Below, in pieces: positions 9,436-20,611 of a DNA stretch of 64,000 nucleotides. The position numbers and the translations under genes were made by a program. Below the pieces are notes generated by a model. It had not been told where the DNA came from, searched no databases, and saw only the letters and a program-made list of their open reading frames with translations. The stretch covers positions 26,432-90,431 of the forward strand of contig JBNKTL010000015.1 of the NCBI GenBank assembly GCA_050298055.1. Direction: 5' to 3'. How positions within the stretch are numbered: position 1 is the first letter of the stretch; the number at the start of each line of letters is the position of its first letter. The DNA comes from Spirochaetota bacterium. Lineage in GTDB: Bacteria > Spirochaetota > UBA4802 > UBA5550.

Positions 9436-9672
9436 ATGACTTTTGAAAGAGGAAATCTCGGCTATTTCATAGCATTTATTCTGATTGGAGCAATTCTTGG
9501 ATCATCAGTAGGTACTCTTCTCGCCAGGATTTTCCCTGCCCTGTCGCTTATCAAAGAGAGTCTCACAGGGCCTGTGGGTTTTAACTTGGAAATCGTTAGC
9601 TTCAGTATAAAGTTAAACCTTTCGGCGATTATCGGGCTGGTTCTCGGTTTTATTCTTTTCTGGAAGGTTTAG
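9436..9672 (+). CDS. Small membrane protein, DUF4321-like
   Basis: GAILGSSVG...FNLEIVSFSIKLNLSAIIGLVLG pattern. Confidence 0.65.
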   Translation: MTFERGNLGYFIAFILIGAILGSSVGTLLARIFPALSLIKESLTGPVGFNLEIVSFSIKLNLSAIIGLVLGFILFWKV

Positions 9673-9939
9673 GCCGTGCTCACGGCTATCAATTGTGCCG
9701 GTTGTAATACCGGTCCATAGTTTAAACCGGTGGGAAAACCGGTTGCCGCCATCCATAGTGTTGAGGCATTTTTTTAAATGAGTGTTTAAATGATGCAATA
9801 TGCATCTTATTCGGTGATAGAGCTTATTGACAGTCAAGCTGTCCTTGATATGCAGGGGGTTTTCTCAGTCAACTCTGCTCTCAGCCGGAAATATACCAGT
9901 GAATACAGGGTAATTTCACAATACCAGGGGGTAATATAA

Positions 9940-10827
9940 TTGTCAGTAGTATCAATGAAAGCTTTATTGGAATCAGGGGTTCACTTTGGTCACCAGACCA
10001 GGAGATGGAATCCCAAGATGTCAAAGTTTATTTTCACTGCAAGGAATGGTATTCACATCATCGATTTGCAGAAGACAATGCAGAGGATCAAACTCGCTTA
10101 CAGCTCAATGAAAGAAGTGGCAGAGAATGGCGGCAAAATCCTTTTTGTGGGTACAAAAAAACAGGCGCAATCAGCTATTGTTGAATATGCTGAAAAATGT
10201 GAGATGTTTTATGTTTCAGAGAGATGGCTGGGCGGACTGCTCACTAACTTTAAGACCGTGAGTAATTCTATTCAGCGGCTTAAAGAACTGGAAGCCATGC
10301 AGCAGAATGATAACTGGGATGCCGAAACAAAAAAGGAGAAACTCGATCTTCAGCGGGAACTGGAAAAGAAAGACAAGGTCTTTTCCGGAATAAAAAATAT
10401 GAGCAAACTTCCCGATGCCCTTTTTGTCATTGATCCGAAAAGGGAAGCTATTGCGGTCAATGAAGCGAAAAAGCTCGGTATTCCTATTTTTGCAGTTGTG
10501 GATACAAACTGTAATCCTGATGAAATAGATTTTCCCATACCCGGAAACGACGATGCCATACGGGCTATTGCACTTTTTCTGGACACAATGGCGCGGGCAA
10601 TCAATGAGGGTAAATCCGGCGGACAAACTGAAATTTCTGAAGAGGATGCAGAAGAAACAGACGAAGCTGCAGATGAAGAAGATGAAGGTTCTTTTAGTGA
10701 AGAGGCCGAGGTAAAGGCTGAAGCGGAATTGACCGAAGAGGTTTCTGAAAGCGGTGATGAAGCGGCGGTAGATAAAACTGCCGGGGACGGGACATCTTCC
10801 GAAGAGGGAAAAAGTGATAACTGGTAG
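9940..10827 (+). CDS. rpsB: 30S ribosomal protein S2, with acidic tail
   Basis: [30 protein letters not shown]. Confidence 0.98.
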   Translation: MSVVSMKALLESGVHFGHQTRRWNPKMSKFIFTARNGIHIIDLQKTMQRIKLAYSSMKEVAENGGKILFVGTKKQAQSAIVEYAEKCEMFYVSERWLGGLLTNFKTVSNSIQRLKELEAMQQNDNWDAETKKEKLDLQRELEKKDKVFSGIKNMSKLPDALFVIDPKREAIAVNEAKKLGIPIFAVVDTNCNPDEIDFPIPGNDDAIRAIALFLDTMARAINEGKSGGQTEISEEDAEETDEAADEEDEGSFSEEAEVKAEAELTEEVSESGDEAAVDKTAGDGTSSEEGKSDNW

Positions 10828-10882
10828 GATTCTCTCTTGAGAACAAAATCGTAAATATTATGAATAATGGAGTTTGAGAAAA

Positions 10883-11479
10883 GTGGCGGAAATAACATCG
10901 GATATGATTAAAGAGTTAAGGCATAAGACGCAGGCCGGTATGCTTGATTGTAAAAAAGCCCTTGGTGAGACTGATGGCGATATGGAGAAGGCTGTTGATC
11001 TTCTCAGAAAAAAAGGGCTGGCTTCGGCTGCCAAGAAGATGGGTCGTGAAGCAACAGAGGGTATCATTGCATCGTATATCCACTCAAACCAGAAGGTGGG
11101 GGTACTCCTGGAACTCAATACCGTGACAGACTTTGTGGCGCGAAATGAAGATTTTCAGGGACTGGCAAAAGAACTCTGTATGCAGGTAGCTGCGGCAAGT
11201 CCTCTCTATATAAATATTGAGGATGTCCCTGAGGAAGATCTCGCCAGGGAAAGGGAAATCTATAAAGAGCAGATGAAAGATTCGGGTAAACCCGAAAATG
11301 TTGTCGACAAGATCGTTGACGGAAAACTGAACAAGTTCTATTCGGAAGTCTGTCTCATGGAACAGGAGTATATTAAGGACCCGAAGGTGAAGATCAAGGA
11401 CCTTATCAAGGAAAAAGTAGCTTCGTATGGCGAAAACATTGCCGTTGGCAAGTTCAGCAGGTTCCAGATAGGATCATAA
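10883..11479 (+). CDS. tsf: Elongation factor Ts (short form)
   Basis: [29 protein letters not shown] start at 10883. Confidence 0.97.
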   Translation: MAEITSDMIKELRHKTQAGMLDCKKALGETDGDMEKAVDLLRKKGLASAAKKMGREATEGIIASYIHSNQKVGVLLELNTVTDFVARNEDFQGLAKELCMQVAAASPLYINIEDVPEEDLAREREIYKEQMKDSGKPENVVDKIVDGKLNKFYSEVCLMEQEYIKDPKVKIKDLIKEKVASYGENIAVGKFSRFQIGS

Positions 11480-11480
11480 A

Positions 11481-12227
11481 ATGGGTACTGCTTCCAGCCA
11501 TTCATCAGGGGAAAAGAGGGCTTCGGGCTATAACAGGATCCTCCTTAAACTGAGCGGGGAAGCCCTCGCCGGTGATAAAAAACAGGGTATTGACCCGGTC
11601 ATCATCAAGAGTATAGCTTCAGATATTAAAGAAGTCCGCACCCTGGGGATTCAGGTCGCTGTTGTTGTCGGTGCCGGAAATATTTTCAGAGGGTCCCTTG
11701 GAGTTGAACTGGGACTGGGAAGAGTGACCGGGGACTACATGGGAATGCTGGCCACAGTGATGAATTCCCTGGCTTTCAGAGATATCCTGAACGGTATTGG
11801 TGTTGATACCAGGGTCATGACCTCGGTAGGAATGAACGAAGTGGCTGAAAAATATACAATAGACAGGGCCCTGCGCCACCTTGATGAAGGCAAGGTCGTA
11901 ATAGCCGCAGGGGGTACGGGGCATCCCTATTTTACCACAGATACCGCGGCAGGTCTGCGGGCGGTTGAACTCAGGGCGGATGTGTTATTAAAGGCTACGA
12001 GGGTTGACGGTGTTTATACGTCTGACCCGGAAAAGGACACGGATGCGGAGAAGATACCTGATATGTCGTACATTGAATATATCAGCAGGAAATTAAGAGT
12101 CATGGACCTGACTGCTGTTTCTCTCTGCATGGATAACGGGTTGCCCATAGTGATATTTGATCTTTTTCGAAAAAATTCATTAAATGACATAGTCCTCGGC
12201 AAGGATATCGGGACAAAAATTTCATAG
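11481..12227 (+). CDS. pyrH: UMP kinase
   Basis: RILLKLSGEAL, GDYMGMLATVMN, PYFTTDTAA. Confidence 0.97.
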   Translation: MGTASSHSSGEKRASGYNRILLKLSGEALAGDKKQGIDPVIIKSIASDIKEVRTLGIQVAVVVGAGNIFRGSLGVELGLGRVTGDYMGMLATVMNSLAFRDILNGIGVDTRVMTSVGMNEVAEKYTIDRALRHLDEGKVVIAAGGTGHPYFTTDTAAGLRAVELRADVLLKATRVDGVYTSDPEKDTDAEKIPDMSYIEYISRKLRVMDLTAVSLCMDNGLPIVIFDLFRKNSLNDIVLGKDIGTKIS

Positions 12228-12246
12228 ATGAACTTGAGGTGTATTT

Positions 12247-12804
12247 ATGGTTGATGAGATTCTTAGGGAAACAGAAGAGAGAATGAAAAAAAGCATTACA
12301 AATCTGCAGAAAGAGTTTGCCGCTATCAGGACCGGGAGGGCCAATCCGGCAATGTTTGACGGGATTAACGTTGAAGCCTATGATTCTCAGATGCCCCTCA
12401 ACCAGGTTTCAACCATATCGATTCCTGAACCGAGACTTGTCGTGATCCAGCCGTGGGACGCGTCAAACCTCGGAGCAATTGAAAAGGCCATCCTGAAATC
12501 GGACCTTTCACTCAATCCCACAAATGACGGCAATCTTATCCGTATCCAGATACCCGATCTCACGGAAGAGAGAAGAAAGGAATATGTGAAAATGGCCAAA
12601 CAAAAATCTGAAGATTGCAAGGTGGCAATCAGGAACATCAGAAGAGACGGAAATGACCTTGTGAAGGGTCTCGAAAAGGAGAAGGATATCTCCGAGGATG
12701 AATCGAAGGCCGGACTCAGCGATGTACAGGACCTTACAGACAGGTATGTTGAAGAGGTGAACAAGCTCACCGAAAACAAGGAGAAGGAAATACTGAGTCT
12801 TTAA
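12247..12804 (+). CDS. frr: Ribosome recycling factor
   Basis: IRTGRANP, LTEERRKE, AIRNIRRD. Confidence 0.98.
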   Translation: MVDEILRETEERMKKSITNLQKEFAAIRTGRANPAMFDGINVEAYDSQMPLNQVSTISIPEPRLVVIQPWDASNLGAIEKAILKSDLSLNPTNDGNLIRIQIPDLTEERRKEYVKMAKQKSEDCKVAIRNIRRDGNDLVKGLEKEKDISEDESKAGLSDVQDLTDRYVEEVNKLTENKEKEILSL

Positions 12805-12814
12805 TTCTGTTTAT

Positions 12815-13531
12815 ATGGAAAACTATCAGAATCTTATAACACCGGATTCTGTTCCCGGACATATTGCCATAATAATGGACGGAAACGGGAGATGGGCAAA
12901 AATGAGATCCCTCCCCAGATCAGAAGGGCATAAAAAGGGAGCAGAAGTTATTGAACCTCTTGTTGATGCCGCTCTTGATATTGGTGTAAAAGCCATATCG
13001 CTTTACGCCTTTTCGGTTGAAAACTGGCTGAGACCAAAATTTGAAGTTGTTAAGCTCTGGTCGCTGCTGGAATACTTTTTTAAAAACAACATCGAGAAAA
13101 TAAAAGATAAAAATATTAAGGTAAAACATACGGGGACATTGAAGAGACTTCCTCCGTCAACGAAGAAAACCATAAAGAATGCTATTGAAGAGACTTCGGG
13201 AAACAGTAAAATGGTCCTTAATTTCTGTATTAATTACGGAAGCAGGCAGGAAATCGTACAGGCGGTTAATGACTGGCTCGATAATCGGAAGGGGAGTGAA
13301 AAACTTACCGCAAAAAAGATGGAAAAATTTCTCTCCACTGCGGATCTTCCTGAGATAGATCTCATGATCAGGACCAGTGGTGAGTACAGGATCAGCAATT
13401 TCCTTCTTTGGCAGCTGGCTTATGCGGAACTCTACTTCACAGACGTGCTCTGGCCCGATTTTACCCCTGAACATTTATTTAAAGCAGTCTATGAATATCA
13501 AAACAGAGAGAGGAGATTCGGAGGAATATGA
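12815..13531 (+). CDS. uppS: Undecaprenyl diphosphate synthase
   Basis: HIAIIMDGNGRWA, YAFSVENW, IRTSGEYRISNFLLWQ. Confidence 0.97.
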   Translation: MENYQNLITPDSVPGHIAIIMDGNGRWAKMRSLPRSEGHKKGAEVIEPLVDAALDIGVKAISLYAFSVENWLRPKFEVVKLWSLLEYFFKNNIEKIKDKNIKVKHTGTLKRLPPSTKKTIKNAIEETSGNSKMVLNFCINYGSRQEIVQAVNDWLDNRKGSEKLTAKKMEKFLSTADLPEIDLMIRTSGEYRISNFLLWQLAYAELYFTDVLWPDFTPEHLFKAVYEYQNRERRFGGI

Positions 13532-14415
13532 GTAAAGCAGGCCATTCCACGTTAAAGAGGATTTTGAGTGCCCTGGTTGCGCTCCCCGTATATATATTTT
13601 TTATTATATCAGATAGTTTTAATTCAATTACCATTATGTTGATCTCACTCCTGGTGTCCCTTATTTGTCTCTATGAGTTTTATCTGATAACTGACAGGGG
13701 TGATGAGGGGAGGTCTTTTACCAAAACGGGTATGGCAGCTGGGGCAGCAATAAATATTGCTTTTTACCTGTTTGCCTTCGGGAAGGTCTATGGGTATGGA
13801 AGGTATATGGGAATTTTTGATGCCAGGGTGATCACTGCCCTTATCTTTCTTTTTCTGGCTGTCATTCTTGTTCTCCAGGTCTTTACCCGTTCAATACGCG
13901 GTGGGATCTATTCCGTATCCATAACTTTCTTCGGTGTGCTCTATATTGTCCTTTCATTTTCTCATATAATACTTGTCAAGGCCCTGGCAAACGGCGTCTT
14001 TTACCTTTTGTTTCATAATTTAATAATAATGTTCAATGATATCGGGGCATATTTCGGCGGGATTTTTCTGGGGAAGCACAAGACGGGTTTCCCCGTATCA
14101 CCAAATAAATCGTGGGAAGGGTACTTTTCCGGTCTTCTCTTTAGCATTGTTTTTTCACTGGTTATAAATGAATTTTATATATCCTTTTTCAGCAGGGAGC
14201 TTTTCACTACCCTGGAAGCAGCGGTAATCGGCATAGTTCTGAGCGTACTTGGAAATATCGGAGACCTGGTTGAGTCTGCCATAAAGAGGGACAGCTCCAT
14301 AAAGGATTCAGGATCGATCATTCCCGGTCACGGTGGCATGTGGGATGTTTTTGATGCCATTATCTTTTCAATCCCGGCTTTTTATTACTATCTGCTTTTA
14401 ATAGGTGTTCCGTAA
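13528..14415 (+). CDS. cdsA: Phosphatidate cytidylyltransferase
   Basis: SPNKSWEG, GDLVESAIKR, KDSGSIIPGHGGMWD. Confidence 0.95.
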   Translation: MSKAGHSTLKRILSALVALPVYIFFIISDSFNSITIMLISLLVSLICLYEFYLITDRGDEGRSFTKTGMAAGAAINIAFYLFAFGKVYGYGRYMGIFDARVITALIFLFLAVILVLQVFTRSIRGGIYSVSITFFGVLYIVLSFSHIILVKALANGVFYLLFHNLIIMFNDIGAYFGGIFLGKHKTGFPVSPNKSWEGYFSGLLFSIVFSLVINEFYISFFSRELFTTLEAAVIGIVLSVLGNIGDLVESAIKRDSSIKDSGSIIPGHGGMWDVFDAIIFSIPAFYYYLLLIGVP

Positions 14416-14418
14416 AAT

Positions 14419-15585
14419 ATGTTGAAAACCGTAACAATTCTCGGATCTACCGGCTCTATCGGTGTATCGACCCTGAGAGTGGTAAAATTCCTGAATGATG
14501 AGTACACAGTTTACGGTCTCACTTGCCAGAAGAATATTACTCTCCTGGAAGCCCAGATCAGGGAATTTCATCCGAAGGCGGTGGCTGTTGAGTCAACTGA
14601 AATTGTAACATCGGATGAGTATGGGAAACTAAAGAAGAAGTATACGGAAGTAGAATTTCTTGACGGTGAAGATGGAGTGATGGAACTTGCCGGCAGGCAG
14701 GTTGATCTTCTTGTTTCCGCAATTGTGGGAGCTGCCGGGTTAAAGCCCACCCTGAATGCGGTTGGAAGGTGTAAAAGAATAGCCCTGGCAAATAAGGAAA
14801 CCCTTGTAATGGCGGGGGATATTTTTACGGGAAGAATAAGCAGTGAAAAAAAAGAACTTATACCTGTAGACAGCGAACACAGTGCTATATTTTCACTTCT
14901 TGACAATGTTAAGAACAGCTATGTTGAAAGGATTATACTTACAGCATCAGGGGGAAGTTTAAGAAATCTTCCGATTGAGAAGATGGATGAGGTAACACCT
15001 GAAATGGCCCTGGACCACCCAACCTGGAATATGGGGAACAAGATAACCATCGATTCCGCGACGCTGATGAATAAGGGGCTTGAAGTCATTGAAGCTCACT
15101 ACTTATTTGGCTTTGAATACGAAAAGATCGATGTGCTGATCCACCCTGAAAGTATTGTTCATTCGATGATTGAACTTGTCGATGGAGCGCTCCATGCGCA
15201 TATGGGGGTGGCTGATATGGCCCTTCCCATACTCAACGCCATGAAGTATCCTGAGAAAGTCAGGAATGAATTTGGAAGGCTGAAGCTTGAGGAGATTGGG
15301 AGTCTGCACTTTGCTGTATACGACAGGAAACGATATCCTTCACTGGAACTCTGCTACAATGCGGGGAAAGAGGGAGGGACCATGCCTGCGGTGCTGAATG
15401 CCGCCAACGAGGTTGCCGTAGATGCGTTTTTAAGTAAGAAGATAAGATTTACTGACATAGTCAGGGTTGTTGACAGGACCATGGAGAAACTGTCAAACAT
15501 AAATGATCCGGATATAGATGATATTATTACTCGTGATTCTGAATCCAGAGAAATATCTAATAGTATAATTGAAGAGGTAATGTAA
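14419..15585 (+). CDS. dxr: 1-deoxy-D-xylulose 5-phosphate reductoisomerase
   Basis: ILGSTGSIG, LANKE, PVDSEHSAI, HPTWNMGNKITIDSAT. Confidence 0.97.
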   Translation: MLKTVTILGSTGSIGVSTLRVVKFLNDEYTVYGLTCQKNITLLEAQIREFHPKAVAVESTEIVTSDEYGKLKKKYTEVEFLDGEDGVMELAGRQVDLLVSAIVGAAGLKPTLNAVGRCKRIALANKETLVMAGDIFTGRISSEKKELIPVDSEHSAIFSLLDNVKNSYVERIILTASGGSLRNLPIEKMDEVTPEMALDHPTWNMGNKITIDSATLMNKGLEVIEAHYLFGFEYEKIDVLIHPESIVHSMIELVDGALHAHMGVADMALPILNAMKYPEKVRNEFGRLKLEEIGSLHFAVYDRKRYPSLELCYNAGKEGGTMPAVLNAANEVAVDAFLSKKIRFTDIVRVVDRTMEKLSNINDPDIDDIITRDSESREISNSIIEEVM

Positions 15586-17118
15586 ATGATGCCATTGACT
15601 TATATTTTTGCGGCCCTTATCCTTCTCGGGCTCTGTATTTTTGTTCATGAACTGGGGCACCTCCTGGGGGGTATGCTTGTAGGGATAAAGGCCAGGGTCT
15701 TTTCCATGGGATACGGGAAAGGATTTATCAAGAAAAAGATAGGGGATACAACCTACCAGGTAACACTCATTCCCATTGGCGGATACTGCCAGTTTTACGG
15801 TGATGAGCCGGGCGAAGAGAGAGAGGGGAAAGAGTATGAATTCCTCAGTGCCGCCCCCTGGAAAAGAATTGTTACCGTGGCAATGGGGCCCATTTTCAAC
15901 CTTATTTTTGGAATACTTCTTTTCTTTATGATGAATCTTATCGGTTACAAGACAGAAACCAACAGGATCATCATCCCCGAGGAACTGAAATCGGGAGAGT
16001 CTGTTTCTGCCGCGCATAAAGCTAAAATGAAAAGCGGTGACAGGATAGTCCGGATTAATCACAAGAAGATAGTCAGCTTCAGCGATATCCAGAGCAAGGT
16101 GATCTTTTCCGAGGGGAAGACACTCTCTGTAACAGTAGAGAGGGCCGGGAAAAAAATTGATCTAAACGTTACACCTCAGACTTCGGGGAAATCCACCAGG
16201 TATTCCATCGGAGTTATTCCTTATGGAGATAAAGTCATGCTGGGCGGCGTTGTCGAAGGCGACGTGGCAGAGAAAGCCGGTTTGAGGCAGCTTGATGAAG
16301 TCATCAGCATTGACGGGAAAAAAATCAGCAGTGGAGCGGAATTCACGGATTATATTAAGAAGAAGGCGAACAGGGAAGTAACATTAAAAATCGTACGTAA
16401 AGATAAAGAGAGTGACATAAAACTCATTCCGAGAAGTAACGAAGTGATTACAATGGACGGGAAGGTCATGTTTGACATGGCCATGGTCAAAAAAGGCATC
16501 GCAAAGAAAACCCTTAAACTCAATGGTGTGCCTGTTATTGATGCCGATGTATTCAAGAAGGCTCTTTCTGACAGCAGGAGGAAGAGTGTGGAAATAGAAT
16601 ACAGTGACAGTAAAATAAAGGGCATTCCGGGAATAGAGAGCAGGGGATTTATGGGAGTCTACCCTGTTGTTTCACCGGAAATGGTTGACGTCAGGTATGG
16701 GCCGGGTGAAGGACTTGTTCAGGCCTTTGTTGAGCCCTATGAGTTTATTGTTCTCAACCTCAAGGGAATCGGGATGCTCTTTTCCGGCAAAGTAAATGTC
16801 AGGGAAAATCTCTCAGGTCCCATCAGGATCGCGAAGATTGCGGGAGACGTCGCGTACTACAAGGGTGTTTCTGCCTTCATAATCCTCATGGCAAAGATAT
16901 CAATTATCCTCATGGTAATGAATTTTCTTCCCATCCCGGTTGTTGACGGCGGACACCTCGTATTCTATACGATTGAAGCCCTGAGAGGAAAACCGTTAAA
17001 TGAAAAACTCATGGAGCGAATTCAGACAGTGGGAGTCATTGTCCTCATAATGCTCGGAGTGTTTGTCATAATAAATGATATAATAATGCTTCCCATATTT
17101 CAGAAGCTCTTTAACTGA
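15586..17118 (+). CDS. rseP: RIP metalloprotease RseP
   Basis: HELGH, PDZ domains, NFLPIPVVDGG. Confidence 0.93.
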   Translation: MMPLTYIFAALILLGLCIFVHELGHLLGGMLVGIKARVFSMGYGKGFIKKKIGDTTYQVTLIPIGGYCQFYGDEPGEEREGKEYEFLSAAPWKRIVTVAMGPIFNLIFGILLFFMMNLIGYKTETNRIIIPEELKSGESVSAAHKAKMKSGDRIVRINHKKIVSFSDIQSKVIFSEGKTLSVTVERAGKKIDLNVTPQTSGKSTRYSIGVIPYGDKVMLGGVVEGDVAEKAGLRQLDEVISIDGKKISSGAEFTDYIKKKANREVTLKIVRKDKESDIKLIPRSNEVITMDGKVMFDMAMVKKGIAKKTLKLNGVPVIDADVFKKALSDSRRKSVEIEYSDSKIKGIPGIESRGFMGVYPVVSPEMVDVRYGPGEGLVQAFVEPYEFIVLNLKGIGMLFSGKVNVRENLSGPIRIAKIAGDVAYYKGVSAFIILMAKISIILMVMNFLPIPVVDGGHLVFYTIEALRGKPLNEKLMERIQTVGVIVLIMLGVFVIINDIIMLPIFQKLFN

Positions 17119-17143
17119 CAGAAGCGCTCTCTGAAAAAGATTA

Positions 17144-18313
17144 TTAATTGCAGTGAGGGTGGTTGAGGGGCAGTGTAACAGAAAAGGTTGTGCCGAAATT
17201 TTCATCTGAAGAGAACGTGATCTCTCCTTCAAGATATTTTTCTGTTAAGAGCTTCATGCTGTAGGTCCCCAGACCCCGTCCGGCTCCCTTGGTGGAAAAG
17301 GATCTCTGAAAAATCTGTGATTTTGCTTCTTCAGACATATGTCCGGGATTGTGGACATGAAACTCTATGTCAGTTTCAGTGAACATGTATCCAATTGTTA
17401 CGGTGTCGCCTTTCCTGCTTGCTTCAAGTGCGTTTTTGAGAATATTTATCAGCACTCTCATTAAAAGCCTTTTATCGGTAGAGAGAATACAGGTCTCTTC
17501 CGGGTTTTTCAGTTGGATGGTTTTTCCCAGGGCGGAATAATGCTTTTCAAGATTGTGGATGGCATCTTCAACAAGATCGGAAACCATGAATTTTTTGCAT
17601 TCCAGTCTCAGATCATTACTTTCGGCGGAAGTAAGTATTCTCTGTGCATTGATCTCTTCCAGAAGCGAATCGCTGCAGGTTTTAAGAAGCGGCAGGGAAC
17701 TGTGGGTAATTTCCGGATTGTCACTATCAAGAAGAAAGTCAACATGGCCCTTTAGCCCGAAGGCTGTGTTTGTCACGTCATGGAAGAATATTCTTTCAAG
17801 AGCACGGCGGCGTTTCCGGTCGCTGATATCCTGAATGGTAAGCATATAATACCAGTTTTCCTGATGCCTGAAAGGTTTGGATGTAACCTGGATATCAAAG
17901 TGAACGGTCTCTCCGTTTAATTCGGAAGTGATTCGTGACTCACCGGTTACCTCTTCTTTTGTTCTCTGGCTTTTCAATATTATGTTTACCGTGCCGCAAA
18001 AACTGCATTCATGTGAAGTTCCGCATCCGGCCTCCATTACTTCAGAATGGATACAATGCAAAACCTCGCCGGGGCGCATACCAATTATGTCGTTTAATCT
18101 TTTAATTCCAAGTTGATGTATCAGCGTTTTGTTTGAATAGACAATCTGTCTTTCCTCGTTCAGAATCATGATAATTACAGGAACGGAATTAAAGACCTCT
18201 TTTAAAAGGGCCGCATGTGTAAAACTCTGATATTGTCCATTAATTTCCCTTGATTGCAGCCTTTCCGGAGGGGCAAATTCAGTTATGAGCATTGTGTTCT
18301 TTTCCATTTTCAT
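17144..18313 (-). CDS. PAS-domain sensor histidine kinase
   Basis: Cys-rich PAS-like region, H-box FFHDVTN, NILKNALEA, FSTKGAGRGLG. Confidence 0.85.
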   Translation of the reverse strand: MKMEKNTMLITEFAPPERLQSREINGQYQSFTHAALLKEVFNSVPVIIMILNEERQIVYSNKTLIHQLGIKRLNDIIGMRPGEVLHCIHSEVMEAGCGTSHECSFCGTVNIILKSQRTKEEVTGESRITSELNGETVHFDIQVTSKPFRHQENWYYMLTIQDISDRKRRRALERIFFHDVTNTAFGLKGHVDFLLDSDNPEITHSSLPLLKTCSDSLLEEINAQRILTSAESNDLRLECKKFMVSDLVEDAIHNLEKHYSALGKTIQLKNPEETCILSTDKRLLMRVLINILKNALEASRKGDTVTIGYMFTETDIEFHVHNPGHMSEEAKSQIFQRSFSTKGAGRGLGTYSMKLLTEKYLEGEITFSSDENFGTTFSVTLPLNHPHCN

Positions 18314-18585
18314 ATAAAGAAACAGGGTGTTGACATCACATCATTGTAATTAATAAAATAATAAAAATTTTCAAAGAGTCAACAATTTTAAGGAATCTCA
18401 TAAAATATTTTATTTTTATGTTTCACCGGGTCACATGAGTAAAAAAGGTGTTACTACTCGGTGGGGAAAGAACAATTCATAGAGTTTATTATCTGCCTGT
18501 CCATTCTTCGCTTTAATAGTTGACTTTTTTGTATTAATATATACCAATGTTAATATTCAATACATCATTCAGAAGGAGATTATTT

Positions 18586-19086
18586 ATGTTACGAAAGATA
18601 TTGGTTGTCCTTGTTTTTATTGTGTTCCTGGCTGCTGATATGACTTATGGTCATCCCGGAAGACTTGACAGCAAGGGGGGGCACTGGGACCATAAAACAA
18701 AAACCTACCACTATCACAGGAATGGCAAGATTGTTGTTGATAGATCAAAAAAGTATCCATCTTCAATGAAATCGTCCGGAAAGACGTCAGGAAAGCAACA
18801 ACAAAAGAGAGGCCAAACAGCATCAAAAAAGAAATCAAACAGGATGGGCAAAAAGGCGTCGGGAAAGCAACAACAAAAGAGAGGCCAAACAGCATCGAAA
18901 AAGAAATCAAACAGGATGGGCAAAACGACGTCGGGAAAGCAACAACAAAAGAGAAACAAAAAGTCATCTAAAAAGAAATCAACAGAGATGAGCAAAAAGT
19001 CATCTAAGAAGAAATCAACAAAGAAGAGCAAGAAATCATCGAAAAAGAAATCATCAAAGACAAGCAAAAAAAATAATAAGAAGTAA
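18586..19086 (+). CDS. Exported YHYH-domain protein with Lys/Ser-rich repeat tail
   Basis: AGGAG RBS and ATG 18586, signal peptide, HPGRLDSKGGH...TYHYH motif, tandem repeats. Confidence 0.75.
   Translation: MLRKILVVLVFIVFLAADMTYGHPGRLDSKGGHWDHKTKTYHYHRNGKIVVDRSKKYPSSMKSSGKTSGKQQQKRGQTASKKKSNRMGKKASGKQQQKRGQTASKKKSNRMGKTTSGKQQQKRNKKSSKKKSTEMSKKSSKKKSTKKSKKSSKKKSSKTSKKNNKK
18787..18954 (+). repeat. 72-bp coding tandem repeat (~2.3 copies)
   Basis: Units start at 18787, 18859 and 18931 (SGKQQQKRGQTASKKKSNRMGKxx). Confidence 0.9.
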
Positions 19087-19097
19087 AATCCAGGCAA

Positions 19098-20537
19098 TCA
19101 GTTTATGCTGCTCAGTGCAGCATAAACTGTATCATACCTGTTTTGTGCATTCCAGAAGAGATATCCTTTCCCTCCTGCATCATCGGACGCTTTAATCTGT
19201 TTAATAATATATTTACTGTTATAGTTTGAAACCTTCAGGTTAAAAGCCTGGAGCCAGGGCCTTACTGTAATGCTGTTATTTGTAAGTTCCATGACTTTTT
19301 TGCATCCCTCGTAGATATAGTAGTAGGGGTGGTCAGCGGGATTTTCCCACTGGTCAAAATTTTCGTTAAAGTGAGAAGGATAGAGCATTGGCGATATAAT
19401 ATCACAGTATTTATAAAGCATGCTGATATTCTGCCCGGTTTTCACAATATCAACTTTTTTGCCCCAGGCAACAACCCCGAAGATATCTATGGAGAGCAGC
19501 GTATTTCTGGCGGATATCTCTTTATAGGCTCTTTTGAGAAAGCCTGTTATGACCCCGGTATTGCTCATCCTTCCTGCTGTGTAGCTGAAGAGGGCGTCAC
19601 GGAGATTTCCCGAAGTGGGAAACCTGATGTAATCAAACTGTATTTCATCAATGCCCATTTCTGCAAGTTCAATGGCAATCTGGATATTATAGTCCTGGAC
19701 CATTGTGCTTGTAGGATCACACCAGAGTTCTCGTCCGGCTTTCCACTTTCTTCCTGTTCTTTTCGATTTTATCGCAAACTCCGGATGAGACCGGTACATA
19801 TGCTGATCATGGAAGACCGCCAATCTTGCAATTGTATGGATCTTCATATCTTTAAGCTTTCTGATCAGCAGCCTGATATTCCGGATGGGCCGCTTTGAAT
19901 GGGACCTGTATTTCTTTACCATCTCTCCGCTGCTTCGGTAATTGACTATGCCTGTAATATCCTTTGCATCAAAGACCACGGAGTTGATACCGAGTTTTTT
20001 AAGTTGAGAGAGTCTTTCAATTGAGTTCAGGTTCCCGGCTGTAGACCCGGTATAGTAGAGGCCCTTTATATGTATTATCGCAGGTTTTTCCCGGTTCCGT
20101 AAATCGAGAGTCTGGGCGGTGAGAGAATTTGGTATAATAAGTATCTTTCCTTTTTCGGCATACTTTCCCTCCAGCATATTTAATCTCTTTATGTCTCTGA
20201 GCAGCCCTGAAAGGGTATAGGAGGATGTATATTCAATAATAGCATCTGCAATAGCAGAGAGTCGGGTTTTTCCCTTTGCCCTGTAGTAGAGGAGAAAACC
20301 GGTTTGTGTAAATCCTTCGGGAATTTTCCCGTATGTGGCGGTATAGTCTCTGTACTTGCCATGGACTATTACCGAGAGATTCCTGCCCAGGCTTTTTTCT
20401 CTTCCTGAAATTGATATTATCCTGCTGCGCAGTTTGTCACTGAAATATCGTATACTGTTTATATTATTATAAATAATGAAGAGTAAGATAAGAATTACTG
20501 CAGCAAAGAGGGTTAACTTTCTTGTTGTAAATATCAT
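19098..20537 (-). CDS. Putative glycoside hydrolase, DUF4015-like
   Basis: VVFDAKD, IARLAVFHD, GIDEIQFDYIRFP, SPMLYPSH, VRPWLQAF. Confidence 0.8.
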   Translation of the reverse strand: MIFTTRKLTLFAAVILILLFIIYNNINSIRYFSDKLRSRIISISGREKSLGRNLSVIVHGKYRDYTATYGKIPEGFTQTGFLLYYRAKGKTRLSAIADAIIEYTSSYTLSGLLRDIKRLNMLEGKYAEKGKILIIPNSLTAQTLDLRNREKPAIIHIKGLYYTGSTAGNLNSIERLSQLKKLGINSVVFDAKDITGIVNYRSSGEMVKKYRSHSKRPIRNIRLLIRKLKDMKIHTIARLAVFHDQHMYRSHPEFAIKSKRTGRKWKAGRELWCDPTSTMVQDYNIQIAIELAEMGIDEIQFDYIRFPTSGNLRDALFSYTAGRMSNTGVITGFLKRAYKEISARNTLLSIDIFGVVAWGKKVDIVKTGQNISMLYKYCDIISPMLYPSHFNENFDQWENPADHPYYYIYEGCKKVMELTNNSITVRPWLQAFNLKVSNYNSKYIIKQIKASDDAGGKGYLFWNAQNRYDTVYAALSSIN

Positions 20538-20611
20538 TTTAATCTGGTTTTTATTTTTAATAATTTGAATGACATATATTCAAATAGGGGTTTTCAGTAA
20601 ATAAAATTTTT

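Noticed and set aside
9673..9939. Structured rpsB leader or riboswitch
   Set aside because: Short hairpins are present but I cannot match a known motif; a covariance-model search would be needed.
18787..19080. Tandem repeats as CRISPR, or the antisense Phe-rich ORFs 18617..18967 and 18714..19097 as genes
   Set aside because: The repeats are in-frame coding repeats; the antisense ORFs are shadows of Lys-rich codons.
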